DNA of 64,000 nt from the NCBI RefSeq assembly GCF_006345805.1, contig NC_043001.1:38998001-39062000 (forward strand). Reading direction: 5' to 3'. Made by a program: the position numbers and the translations under genes. The DNA comes from Octopus sinensis. Lineage: Eukaryota. Shown piece by piece: positions 51,452-64,000 of the stretch (the first letter of the stretch is position 1; each line of letters starts with the position of its first letter). The notes below the pieces were generated by a model. It searched no databases. It was not told the DNA's origin and saw nothing but the letters and a program-made list of their open reading frames with translations.

Positions 51452-54039
51452 CATCCTCATCATCATCATCGTTTCATGTCTATTTTCCATGCTAGCATGG
51501 GTTGGACGGTTCGACTGGGGTCTGGGAAGTTAGGAGGCTGCACCAGGCCTGAATCTGATCCGGTAGTGTTTCTACAGCTGGATGCCCTTCCTAACACCAA
51601 CCACTCTGAGATTGTAGTGGGTGCTTTTTATGTGCCACTGGCACAGGGGCTAGAGGAGCTGGTATCGAACATGATCGAATGGTGCTTTTTACATGCCACC
51701 AGCACAGAAGCCAGTCAAAGCGGCACTGGCATCGGCAATGTTTGGATGGTGCTTTTTATGTGATACCAGCACGAGGTACACAACTACAATTTCCATTTGA
51801 CTTGATTTTGATATTGCTGTTGATGTTGATGTACTTGACTCAATAGGTCTCCTCAGGCATGGTGTGTCGCCCTACAATCCAAGATACTTTTGAGTGGGCT
51901 GATTATGCGACACTGGTGTAGGTTACAGCTGTGGACTCACTTTATTTGCCGGGTCTTCTCAGTCACAGCATACCACCAGAGGTCTCAGTCTGTGAGGCCC
52001 AACGTTCGATGATCATGCTTCACCACCTCATCCCATGTCTTCCTGGGTCTCTCTCTACTCTGGATTCCTTCCACTGTTTGGGAGTGGCACTTCACACAGC
52101 TATTCTTGTCCATCCATAGTGCATGACCATACCAATGCAAACGTCTCTCTTGCATGCACATCCGATGCTTCTTATATCTAACATATCTCTCAGGGTGCTT
52201 ACACTGTCCTGCGTGCACACTGACATTACACATCCAGTGGATCATGCTAGCTTCATTTCTTTCAAGCCTATGCATGTCTTCAGCAGTCACAGCACATGTT
52301 TTACTGCCATGAAACATGTCATGTTGCACACATGCATCGTACAATCTACCTTTCACTCTGAGTGAGAGGCCCTTTGTCACCAGTAGGAGTAGAAGCTTTC
52401 TGAACTTTGCCCAGGCTATTCTTATTCTAGTGGTAACATTCTCTATGCATCCACTCCCCACTACAAACTTGATCACCTAGGTAGCAGAAGCTATTAACTA
52501 CTTCTAATTTCTCCCCTTGGCATGTGAAAGCTATCTTCCTGGTTAATCTCCCTTTGATTTTGCTACACTCCTTATGTGTCCATAGCTTACACTGGGTACA
52601 TCTTATGAAGTTTCTACCTACACCTTTTCTACAGATCAAGCAGGGCCACCTACCAGAGGGGGTGTGTGATGTGGTCGCCTTCCTACATACTAGGATTTTG
52701 GTCTTTACAACATTGACTCTAAGGCCCTTCGATTCTAAACCTTGCTTCCACACTTGAAGTTTCTTCTGTAGTTCTGGTAGTGATTCTGCTATGAGGGCCA
52801 GGTCATTAGCATAGAGGAGTTCCCAGAGGCAACCTGTCTTGAATTCCTCTGTTATTGCCTGGAGGACTATGATGAATAAGAGGGAGCTGAGGGCTGATCC
52901 TTGGTGAGCTCCCACTTCTACCCAGAATTCTTCATTATACTCATTTCCAATCCTAACCCTACTAACGGCACCTCTGTATAGGGTTATACAGCCCTTATTA
53001 ACTATCTGTCAATCTCCAGTTTCTACATTGCCCACCAGATAAGGGATTGGGAACCCTGTCAAAGGCTTTCTCCAACTTCACAAAAGCCAAATATATCTTG
53101 GCTATGTACTTCTCCTGCAGTTGCGGTACCAGGAATATAGCATCAGTGGTGCATCTACCCAGAACAAAACCGAACTGCATCTCATTTAACCAGACTCTCT
53201 CTCTAATTAGTTGGGCTATGACCCTCTCTATGACCTTCATCACCTGATCCTGCAGTTTGATACCCCTGTAGTTATTTCTATCAAAAGCATCACCTTTACC
53301 TTTGTAGAAGTTGACTATGGTGCTGTTGCACCAGTCATTGGGTATGACTCCATCATGAACCACCTGGCTTACAATACGAGTGATGAGGCCATAGTCCACA
53401 CCACAAGATGTTTTAAGCATCTCAGCAGTGATTCCTGATTGGCAAGGGGATTTTCCTGGCTTCATATCCTTAATTGCTTTATCTACCAGGGTGCTCTCTA
53501 TTTCGATAGCTGGTCCCTCTACTGGATCAACATTTGGCAGGCTCTTCTCTCATTCATTCCCCACATTCAGCAGTCTTCCATAATGGCTTCTCCCAGCCTC
53601 TTTCTTTTCTGAATCATTAAAAGCAAGTGCACCATCATCCATATGGACACATTTCTCTCCTGTGACATCACAATTTTCTCTTACACACTGACTTGCAAAC
53701 TGAAATACCTCAGTTCTTTGGTCCTCACATGCCTGGACATGGGAAAACTTCTTTTCTGCTTCTCCCTTGTCTAAGTCTAACTGTCGCAAGCCTCCCTTTT
53801 GGCTATCTGCTACCACCACTCTTCCAGGCTTTCCAAGCTTGTTTCTTTGTTCTCATAGCCTTGTCTACCGTATTATTCCACCACCACAAAACTCTAGGTC
53901 TGGAAAGGACTTGCACTGTCTGCAAACTTGGTCTGAGGCACTCAGTAAGCTGTCCTGTATGAATTTCCAGCTACCTCCTAAGTCTGAGGACTGTAGATCC
54001 GCCTTCATCTCATCAAATTTCTTGATGAGGATGTCCCTA
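51452..54039 (-). mobile_element. RTE LINE, 5'-truncated (copy 2 of duplicated block)
   Basis: ORF fragments 52998-53465, 52427-52915 and 51985-52476; full 3' end with (CAT)n tail at 51452-51470. Confidence 0.87.
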
Positions 54040-54216
54040 GGTGAGATATATATATATGTATATGTAAGTATTATATATCATCATTATCAACATCAAAATT
54101 TAACATCTGTCTTCCATGTGTGCGATGGTTTGACAGGAGCTGGTAAGCCAGAGGACTGCACCAACCTCCATTGTCTGCTTTGGCATGGTTATTGCATCTT
54201 GATGACCTACCTAATA

Positions 54217-54615
54217 CACCTTCTCCTCAACTTATAACCTATGTGACTTATGACAATCTGCACTTATAACCACAAAAAATAAATAAAATACAAAATCAAG
54301 TTTTGGACTTTGGGCAGTTGTGCATATGATAACCATGGCAGCATCTGATAATACAGGTCTCCCTCAAACCCAGGCATCCACTGCCTGTCACTGTCTCTCA
54401 CTCAGTTGCAGAGATTGAATTGGAAGCACACAGAGCAGCAGAAGAAAAAGTGAGAAAGAAGACGATGAACCAGAAAAGAAATTCACAGTGAAGTGTTTAT
54501 TGATTCCTTTTCGCAATTGAATAAAACTCTTACCAGTTTCAAAGCAATGGATCCAAATGTTGACCACTTTGCAAAAGTTGAATATATCATTCAACATACT
54601 GTGTATTTTTTATCA
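54217..54615 (+). mobile_element. Truncated second copy of the Tigger/pogo-derived element
   Basis: Near-identical to 22839-23225, including left TIR and flanking sequence. Confidence 0.7.
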
Positions 54616-55400
54616 TCCCTCGTGTTCTGACCATCACTACCCACTCTCTCTCTCTCTCTCTCTCTCTGTCTCACTCTGTCTCTCTCTCTCAGCCTCACTC
54701 TGTCTTTTTCTCTCTCTCTCTTTCGATTACCACTCGCCTTGCCAAGACTTCCTCCACCACCATCCTATATAAACTAGCGCATGCACTCTGACTCCCCTTC
54801 TCGATTTAAATATCTCAGCTGAAAATTACGAATCCTTGATGATGCTCAGATAAGAAGTTTTGTCTTTTCAAACCTGTCATCTACTCTTCTATTTCTGCAC
54901 ATATCATAAACCCCTTATTAGTTCTTTTCATTATTCCTTCTATTTCAGTACCATGTCATCATGTAAATATAGTTTCAATAGTTTCGTCTTCCTTGTTGTT
55001 GCCTTAAGATAACCTTAGTTCACGCATTTCCTTAACTGCAACATATTCTTTCATTCATCTATTAAAGTTTATCACACAGTCACTTATTTCCCTAATTTTG
55101 TCTTAGATTGGCTCTCAGATTCTTCAATTCTTTTTACTATTATCAACATTTGCTGTCTCGTTAAATTTAACTATGCCACACGAATCCTGAAAGAATAATT
55201 TTCTCCCTTGTGTTCTGACCACCTCTCTCTCTTGGCCTCACTCTGTCTGAGTGTCTCTCTCTCTTTTGTTTACCACTCGCCTTACCAAGACTTCCTCCAA
55301 CGTCACCCTATATAAACTAGTGCACACACTCGGATTCCCCTACTCAATTTTTAATACCTCCGCCGAAAGAATACGTATCCAGAAGATGTTCTTGTGCAAA
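54615..55400. repeat. Direct repeat (~200 bp) at 54615-54860 and 55205-55400
   Basis: gtgttctgacca...(CT)n...ttaccactcgcctt(g/a)ccaagacttcctcca...ctatataaactag(c/t)gca occurs twice about 550-590 bp apart; resembles 34290-34390, possibly Penelope-type terminal repeats. Confidence 0.6.
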
Positions 55401-55419
55401 TTTGCTAGTTTGTGGTACG

Positions 55420-58400
55420 ACCACCCTCCCACCTCCTCCACCTGTACTAGAAGTTCCTATTCTTTGTCATCTTTTGGTTGTCTCCCATGAACACTTCTAA
55501 AGGCTTTACGCCATTCCCACCCCTACTATGATAGTGCAAAAATATGATAGTGTAGTTTATGCAGGTTGAACTTAAGGCTATTGTTTTATGAATTCTGCCA
55601 ATTGCAAGCTCTCTTTTCAGGTACATGACGCTGCTGTCCCCAGTCCCAGGGTCTCAAGGACCCATATGTCCCACACCCTCAGGGTTGGCACTCTCAACAT
55701 CGGCGCACTGAAAGGTAGGTCTGGTGAGATTGTTGAGATGCTATGTGCTGCATCCAAGAAGTAAGGTGGAGAGGAGATTCCGCTAGGTTCCTCACAGGCA
55801 AAGAACACAAGTACAATATTTTTCTGGGCAGGGAACACTGACGGAGTCAGGGGCGTGGGTATACTTCTTGTGGAGAAATCGGTGGATAAGGTAATTGAGG
55901 TAGTCAGAGTATGCGACAGAATACTTCAGATTAAATTAGTGCTTCATCATGGGTTAGCAACCATTATCTCGGCCTATGCCCCTCGATGGACAGAAAGACT
56001 GATTCTATGACACCCTCTTGCAGACTACCTTGTTGATGAATGATAGGGACCTTCTCTTTGTGGCTGGTGACTTCAATGGACATGTTGGACAACATACAGG
56101 GGGCTTCCATGGCGTACATGATCTTATGGTTTGCAATACTAACCTCAGAAAACCTGCCAGTCACCTAGTCACCTACAGTTCTGGAAGACACACTAGCCAA
56201 ATTGATAACATCCTCACCAGATAAAGGGAAAGATGGCTGCTTATAAATGTCAAAACCTTCACAGGCAAAGAAGGTACCCCACAACATAGACTGGTAGTTA
56301 GTGACTTCAGGATCAGGGCTAAGTGGATGTCCAGAAGATGACCGGCATGAAGGTGAAGGGTCTGGCAGCTTAAAGATCCTACAACATTACAGAATAAGTG
56401 AGAGAAGGAGAGTCTACCTCATGTCGACCCAACACAGATAAGCTATCTGAATCAATAGTAGCCTGGTAGATAAAGAATTTAATGATATAGAGACAAGGAA
56501 AGCCTCTAGCCCATCAGGAATCACTGCCAAGATGTTTAAAACATCTAGTAGAGTGGGGTATGACCTAGTCACCTGTATAGATAATCAGGTTGTCCACAAG
56601 GAAGTCATGCCACCCAAAGACTGGTGTCGTAACATTATAGTCAACTGCTAGAAAGGTAAGGGTGACACCTTAGACAGAAATAATTAGAGAAGTATTAAAT
56701 TGCTGGGCCAGGTGATGAATGTTACAAGAAGGGTCATAATTAATCAGGAAAAGAGTTAGCTTAGATGTGATGCAGTTCAGTTTTGTGCCAGGAAAAAGCC
56801 TTACCAATACTATCTTCCTGGAGAGGCAACTTCAGAAATATTTAGCTGAAAATAAACTTTTGTACTTGGCTTTTGTTGACATGGAGAAAAACTTGGACAG
56901 GGTCTCCTGCTCCCTTATCTGGTAGTCAATGTGGAAGCTAAGGATAAACGAGTGGTCGTTGTGAAAGCCATGTACAAGGACACTGATAGTAAGGTGAGAG
57001 TTAGCAAAGAATATAGCAAGGAATTTAGGGTAAAGGTAGGAGTTCGCCAAGGAATGGTACACAACCTCCTCTTGTGTATCATAGTCTTCTAGACCATAAC
57101 AAAGAAACTGAAAACTGGCTGCCCTTTGGTGTTCTTCTGCAATGATGATCTTGTTCTTACTGTTGAATCACTACAGAATTAGGGAAGAAATTTCAGGTGT
57201 GGAAGCAAAGGGCCTTAGAGTTAATTTAGCAATAGCCAAGGTCTTGGTAAATTGGAAAACTCACTAATCCCTTTAGGGCGATAGTCCTACTCAATATGAA
57301 GGAAAGTTGTTGATAGAAACTCCATATGGGATGCCCAGTGATAGCTATGGACACATAAGAGGTGCAGCAATATTACAGGAAGATTAACAGAGAAAGTAGT
57401 CTTTGTGTGTGGTAAATGTGCGGGTACAGAAAACAGACTCTCTCAAATGTTAGAAGGGTCTGTAGAAGTAATAGATAGTTTCTGTTACCTAGGTAACCAA
57501 ATTAATGGTGGAGGAGGAAGCTCTGAAGGCATAGGTGTTAGAATAAGAACAGACTGGGCAATATCCAGAGAGCTGCTACCCTTGTTGGTAAAAAAGAGCT
57601 ATGCTACATGGCAGTGAAATATGAGTTATGACTACAGAGAACATGCAAAGACTTGAAAGAAATGAAGTCAGCCTATTCCACCGGATGGGTAATGTTAGCG
57701 TGCATATATGACAGAGTGTAAATGATTTATGAGAAAATCTAGGTATAAAAGTATTGAAGAGAGAAGAATAGTATGGAAGAGAGAAGAATAGTATGGAAGA
57801 GAGAAGGCTGCACTGTAATGGATGAGGACAGCTGCATAAAGAAGTTCTAATCTCTGTCTGTGCAGGAAACCTATAATAGGGGTAAGACCAGAAAGACAAG
57901 GGACAAGCTGGTGAGAAATGATCTACAGAGGTAGACACTCTTTGAGAAGATAACAAAGGAGCAAGACTTCTAGTGGTTTGTTGTGCTTGAGGAGACATAT
58001 TAAGCTAAATAACATAATGGTCATCTATATATACAGGCATACCTTTTACAACCATAGCTCAACCTTCACATACACACATAATTCTATCCTCTGACAAAAA
58101 CCACCCACAATCCACCTCCCTAACAACCCCACCATCTGCTGCAGGCCTCTCCAGTTCTTCTCACCATTACTTGTTATATCCTTATATCACCCCTCACCAT
58201 TATTCTCTTTGGATAGGTTCCCTCTCTCTCTCTCTCTGACTGTCTATATCTTTCTCTCTTCTACTCCCATTTACCTCCCCTTTATTGTCCTACTGGGTTA
58301 CCAAGTATCATCTCTGTTGTAAGACAGCTATCCCAGTCCCAATGTCATACTTCCACTTATCACCTGGCACATGGCCACTTCTCTTCATACCTCTCCTTCT

Positions 58401-58710
58401 CTCAACTGAGATGGTCTTGTCTTGCAAGCTACTTGGCAATGCTATGGGTGCTGGTGCCACATGAAAAGCATCTGTGCTGGCACTATGAATAAAGCATCCA
58501 TGCTGGCACCACATAAAAAAAAAACCCATGCTGAAACCAAATTAAAAGCTCCTAGTACATTTTGTAAAGTGATTGGCATTATGAAGGGCATCCAACTGTA
58601 GAAACTATGCCAAAATAGAAGATGGGAGCCTGGTGTAGCCCTCTGATTTACCAGCTCTTGTTAAACATGGAAAACATATATCAAGTAATGATGGCGATGT
58701 TGATAATGAT
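55420..58710 (+). mobile_element. Near full-length, degenerate RTE LINE with long CT-rich 3' UTR
   Basis: APE start at ~55690, AGDFNGHVG in ORF 56018-56224, decayed RT 56700-57200, 3' motif ttggcattatgaagggcatccaactgtagaaa at ~58572 and an ATG-rich tail. Confidence 0.75.
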
Positions 58711-59937
58711 GTAGCAGGTAACAACTTCAGACTTGGAGAGTTAAAAGGACTTGGAGACACAAACCAATCTGGAAAATATCCAGTTTAAGAGCAATTTCTT
58801 CTTGATCATGGAATAGAGTAAATAAATTTTCATCCTCATTTATAAGCAGATGGAATGTTTTTTTTAATGCAAAAAATACCTAAGTAAACCCTACTCTTCA
58901 CCAGGGTGGGTGAGTGTAAATATAAACCCCTTTCCCCCATCCTCTGTTATTTCTTTTAAAGTTTTCTCAAAATGGTAAAAGTTGTGATAATGAAAGTTTG
59001 TGATTTTCCTTTTTAATACTTGTAACAAATTTTTGGAGCTTTTCTATATTCATGCATTCTTTAAATTTTGGAGGTCTGCCATCATATTCCAACCCTTTCA
59101 AACTTTGTTTTCTGGTATGGAAATTGCATCCATGTGTATGCTGCCTATTAATGCTTTAAGTGCATTTTCTTTTTAGCAATTTGATACTAAGTTATATGCA
59201 TATTTTCAAGTGCCATGCAATATTTTTAGGCTAATTAAGAAATCACACACACAAAGTAGCAGATTCACTGACCAGTTTTGGTATTTTCAGAAGGTATCCT
59301 AGAAATACTAATGTCAGCAAAATTTATGACATCACAGCAGCCAATTCAATACAAAAACTAAAAGAACTTGTATTGGCCTTCCATTGTGAAATTTCAAGCT
59401 TATATCAAATTCTATCCCACTTTCTCTTTCCTTATGTGGTTGAATGATTGAAATTTCTTTATTTTCAATATCAATAGGTAAATAACTTCAAACTGCTACC
59501 AAACCTAACTTCTCTGTCTTGCTCTATGAAAATATACATTTATTTCAGATCTTGGATAATGAATATTTCATCTCTCTACTGACTGACAAATTAATTTCAA
59601 ATTAGATTGGTAAATTTTATGGTGGAATATTCTATCACGCAATATCAACTGAATCCATTTCTAATACCCACTCACTACTCACCATCACCTCTGCAAAAGC
59701 GACTCAAGCATATGCATAAACGCATTGTTTATATCTTTTATTACATTTTTTTGACCCATGAGCATGTACACAGAAGTATGAAACATATTTGTAATGTATG
59801 TGCATACACTTTAATGAAGGCTTTCCAGCACTGAAGGAAATTAAAACTGCAATTGTAACATTATTTTTGACACTAAACACAAGGAACTGCAGCCTCTAGG
59901 CATTTGACACCCAAAATTTTTCTCTTTCGGATTTACG

Positions 59938-61217
59938 TAAGCTCGCAAGAAATGAAGCTAGTATGCTCTGTTGGATGTGTAATGTCAGTGTTCATAGTCG
60001 ACATAGTGTAAGTACCTTGAGAGAAAAGTTGGGCCTAAGAGGCATCAGATGTTGTGTGCAAGAGAGACGTTTGCGCTGGTATGGTCATGTGGCGAGAATG
60101 GACGAAGATAGGTGTGTGAAAAAGTGCCACACCCTGGCAGTTGAGGGGACCTGTGGAAGAGGTAGACCCAGGAAAACCTGGGTCGAGGTGGTGAAGCACG
60201 ACCTTCGAACTCTAGGTCTCACCAAGGAAATGACCAGAGACCGAGACCTGTGGAAGTATGCTGTGCGTGAGAAGACCCGGCAAGACCAGTGAGAACAATC
60301 AAAATCAAATCATATATCCGTGTCCGCTGCCAGCCTCGTCTGGCACCCATGTCGATGATACGTAAAAGCACCATTCACTCATGGCCGTTTGCCAGCTCTG
60401 TCTGGCCCCCGTGTCGGTGGCACGTAAAAGCACCATCCGTACGTGTTCGTTGCCAGCCTCGGCTGGCCCCCGTGCCGGTGACACGTAAAAGCACCGTCCG
60501 TTCATGGCCGTTTGCCAGCTCTGTCTGGCCCCGTGCCGGTGACACGTAAAAGCACCATCCGCTCGTGTTCGTTGCCAGCCTCGGCTGGCCCCCGTGCCGG
60601 TGACACGTAAAAGCACCATCCGTTCGTGTTCGTTGCCAGCCTCGGCTGGCCCCCGTGCCGGTGACACGTAAAAGCACCGTCCGTTCGTGGCCGTTTGCCA
60701 GCTCTGTCTGGCCCCGTGTCGGTGACACACAAAAGCACCATCCGCCCGTGTTCGTTGCCAGCCTCGGCTGGCCCCCGTGCCGGTGACACGTAAAAGCACC
60801 ATCTGTTCGTGTTCGTTGCCAACCTCGGCTGGCCCCCGTGCCGGTGACACGTAAAAGCACCGTCCGTTCGTGGCCGTTTGCCAGCTCTGTCTGGCCCTGT
60901 GTCGGAGGCATGTAAAAGCACCATCCGATCGTGTTCATTGCCAGCCTCGGCTGGCCCCGTGCCGGTGACACGTAAAAGCACCATCCGTTCGTGGCCGTTG
61001 TGCCAGCTCTGTCTGGCACCTGTGCAGGTGGCACGTAAAAAACACCCACTACACTCGCGGAGTGGTTGGCGTTAGGAAGGGCATCCAGCCGTAGAAACAC
61101 TGCCAAATCTGACTGGGCCTGATGAAGCCTTCCGGCTTCACAGACCCCAGTTAAACCGTCCAACCCATGCTAGCAAGGAAAACGGACGCTAAATGATGAT
61201 GATGATGATGATGATGA
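59938..61217 (+). mobile_element. Young RTE LINE 3' end with intact C-terminal ORF and expanded 3' UTR
   Basis: Uninterrupted ORF to TGA at 60292 (RLRWYGHVARMDEDRCVKK...GRGRPRKTW...KTRQDQ*); (ATG)n tail at 61194-61217. Confidence 0.9.
60317..61045 (+). repeat. 61-bp GC-rich minisatellite, about 12 units of two variants, inside the RTE 3' UTR
   Basis: Anchor aaaagcacc recurs at ~60364, 60426, 60487, 60548, 60609, 60670, 60731, 60792, 60853, 60914 and 60974. Confidence 0.95.
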
Positions 61218-61264
61218 TTAACTGAAAGCATTCTTCAAGACTCCTTAGTTCTACAGATGCAGAG

Positions 61265-62397
61265 ACAGGTCTGATCAATAAGTATCTGGACTGTTGTCAT
61301 AATAACAAAGCTACAGCATGCAGAGTGAAACTGCTAGGCACCTTTAACTCCACTATGCATGTGCACTAAGTTTTGATGTTCTAGCTCACTTCTACAGTTT
61401 ACAGTAGTGTTTGGAAGTAATGTGTGTAGTGTATGTTCATCACATCGGCCTGCTCAAAAGCCTATTCAATTTTCAGAGGCCTATGCAAAATTTTAAAGAA
61501 GTTTTCATCATTCTTGACACAAACGAGGAGATTTTATGCAACTAAAATCTCAGTGTCCTTTTGGTTAGCTGAAAGCAGTTTTGGCACAAACTTGGTAGAT
61601 ATGCGTCTCATGACTTCAGGAAGCATTTTTTCATGCTGAGAGTTGCTGAAGCATGGAACAAACTGCCGGCATCAGTTGTTAGTTGTCGGAGCACTGCATC
61701 CTTCAAAACTTCCATGCTTCCTGAGATTCGCCAACACTACACTTGATTTTCTCCCCTCCATACACACACAAGCATGTATCTGACTCATACATTGTTCTCT
61801 TTCCAGACATTTCTGCATTACTGCATGTACTTTATATGCACTTTCTGACAAGTTGTGGTGCACCTGAGCACTGTATACAATAAGTTCATTATTATTATAT
61901 TTTTATTATACCCAAATCTTCAGTAATAATGGACTGAACTGAACCATAATTAACCTGTTCATCTGATGACTCGTGGATGGTGATTTGACAATTTCCCCTC
62001 ACAGCTGCATGCCCATCTGCGATGTTTTTCTCAGTTCTGCTTGTTGCAGGTGTCCCAGAACATTCATCATTATCGACATTTTTTTGGCCATCTTGGATAC
62101 GTCTGAACCACTTGTATACTTGTGTGCGGATCATACACTCCTTTCCATACACTTTCTGCAGCTTTGCATAGGCTTCTGAGTAGGTATCGCCATGGCATCT
62201 TTCTCTGTTATGGTCAATGTGACGATCACACATTACTTTGAAGCACTGCTGTAAACAGCAGACGTAAGCTAGAATGTTAAAACTTAGTGTAAATGCACAA
62301 CAGAGGACAAGGTCAGTCTGTGCCAAGCACTTCACTCTGCGTGCTTTAGCTTTGTTACTATGGTAAAAGTCCGGATACTTATTGATCAGACCTCATA
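61265..62397 (-). mobile_element. Mariner derivative with 28-bp TIRs and partial transposase
   Basis: acaggtctgatcaataagtatctggact (61265-61292) versus agtccggatacttattgatcagacctca + TA (62368-62397). Minus ORF 61895-62335 (AYAKLQKVYGKECMIRTQVYKWFRRIQDG...DDECSGTP) continues as MRRISTKFVPKLLS near 61560-61610. Confidence 0.82.
61636..61897 (+). mobile_element. CR1/L2-type LINE 3' end inserted in the mariner
   Basis: Reads RVAEAWNKLPASVVSCRSTASFKTSML...*, a CR1-like C-terminus, then a short UTR and an (ATT)n tail. Confidence 0.6.
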
Positions 62398-62419
62398 TGT
62401 TGTGTCCAAGAGGTACAAT

Positions 62420-64000
62420 GAAGGGAGCCTTAGCTAGACTGCTTACAGGCAAAGGGGCACAGATACAAATTTTTCTGAGAGGGCAACAAAGACAGACTAA
62501 GTAGTATGGGTATTCTATTAGCAGAGGAATGAAGTATAAGGTGACTGAAGTAGTGTGATAGGATTAAGGATTATTAAGCTAAGAATAACCTTGGTTGATG
62601 TAATTGTGTCAGTGATCTCTGCATATGTTCCACATCAAACTCACATACTCAGAAAGGCCACATCTGCAGACTACCTTGACAATGAAAGATGATAACATTC
62701 ACATCATTGTATGAGTCTTCAATTGACATGTTGGACAGCACTCCAATGAATTTCATGGTGAGCATGGAAGCTGTGGTTTTAGTTCCAGAACTGAGGAGGG
62801 GACAAGGTTACTGATGTTTTGTGATGCTCATGGCTTACCAGTCTGCAACACCAAGTTCAGAAAACCTGCCAATCATAAGATCACTGATCTAAAGATCCAG
62901 AGATGCAAGCCAATATAGAAAAGGATGTTGTAGAATCTCAAGGATCTTCCAAAAGGACAGAGATTTAGATATCCTTAATGAAGCCTTTGATGAGAAGGGG
63001 GAAGAGATAGAGACATATAACATACAAGACAACTAGAAGTTCCTACGAGACAATCTACTAAGAGCAACAGACCAAATCTGTGGTTGGAGCAAAGCCTCTG
63101 CCAGGCCAAGGTGATGTGGTGGTGGACAGTAATGTTGACAGGACCATAAAAGAGAAGAGATAGGTCTATGAAGAATGGGATAAAAGGGTGGGGGTAGCAA
63201 TTACTCATATTAGAAAGCTAAAAGGGAAGCTAGACATCAGGTTTATCTAGCTATAGTATAAGCAGAAAAGAAGAGATTTGCCAATGTACTACAATGGGAA
63301 GATAAGAGATTTGAAGTGCTCCAAATTACCAAACAGAGTGTCAGTGAGAATCAAGATATTGTGCAAGTGTGTGCAGATGGATAATGGTATGCTTACATTT
63401 AATGATGTAGACAAGAAAGAGGTGTGGAAAAGTTACTATGCAAAACTGTTGAATGTAGAGAATGGATGTGATAAAGGGAGTCTCCCTCAAGTGAAACCAA
63501 CAGAGGGACCAGCTGTCCTAGTGGTCAGCAGTATGGTAGACAAGGCAATTAAAAGCTAAGATGCTCAAAATATCTGGTAAGATAGGATACAGGATAGTCA
63601 CCTGCATAGTTAACTAGGTCATTCAGGAAGATGTAAATTCTAGTGTTTGGGGTAGCAGCATTATTGTTAGCTGCTACAACAGTAAGGGGGATGCTTTAGA
63701 CAGAAGTAATTAATTATCAAACTCCTGGACCAGGTGATGAAAATTAGAGAGTTATAGCTCAATTAATTAGGAGCATGATTAAGGTTAGATGAAATGCAGC
63801 TCAGTTTCATCTGACGGAGAAGCACCGTGACACTATTTTCATAGTGAAGCAACTGTAAGAGAAGTATTTAACTAAGAATAAACCATTATACTTGGCATTT
63901 GTTGATCTAGAGAAAGCCTTTGATAAAGCACCTCATTGTGTGATATGGTGTGCTCTGAGGAGACTAGGGATAGACAAGTGGCTGGTGAAAGTTGTACAGA
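62420..64000 (+). mobile_element. Degenerate RTE LINE (endonuclease to RT), running off the window end
   Basis: Similarity to 38450-40150 (LTGK, SAYVP, EEGTRLLMFCDA, YLAFVDLEKAFD at ~63890-63925). Confidence 0.7.

Noticed and set aside
60317-61045. CRISPR-like array (regular period, palindromic repeats)
   Set aside because: There are no unique spacers (whole units repeat), no cas genes, and the array lies in a LINE 3' UTR in eukaryotic DNA.
60305-61163. Long minus-strand ORFs of 160-262 aa
   Set aside because: They are by-products of a GC-rich 61-bp repeat, antisense to the LINE, with periodic translations in all three frames.

Overview
This is eukaryotic, AT-rich, transposon-dominated DNA. 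The repeat landscape (abundant RTE LINEs with (ATG)n tails, tRNA-like SINEs with (AAT)n tails, long (TA)n microsatellites) suggests a coleoid cephalopod such as Octopus; that is inference and no database search was run. The only host-gene sequence I can support is three minus-strand exons, each encoding one Ig-like domain: 33266-32946, 6497-6246 and 2391-2140. All are phase 1-1 with canonical AG/GT sites and splice into one open frame of a nephrin/SYG-2/hemicentin-like cell-surface protein whose other exons appear to lie outside the window. The introns hold at least three RTE lineages (including BovB-like), Penelope-like elements, a Gypsy remnant interrupted by piggyBac and RTE, Tc1, mariner, Tigger/pogo, a CR1-like 3' end and SINE clusters. 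Best second-look items: a 61-bp two-variant hairpin minisatellite in an RTE 3' UTR, a ~3-kb composite duplication 31.4 kb apart, an inverted SINE cluster beside an exon, a mariner derivative with two 5' ends, and a ~200-bp tandem repeat that partly reads like an Ig half-exon. No CRISPR or prokaryotic system is present. TE boundaries and identities are by-eye estimates.
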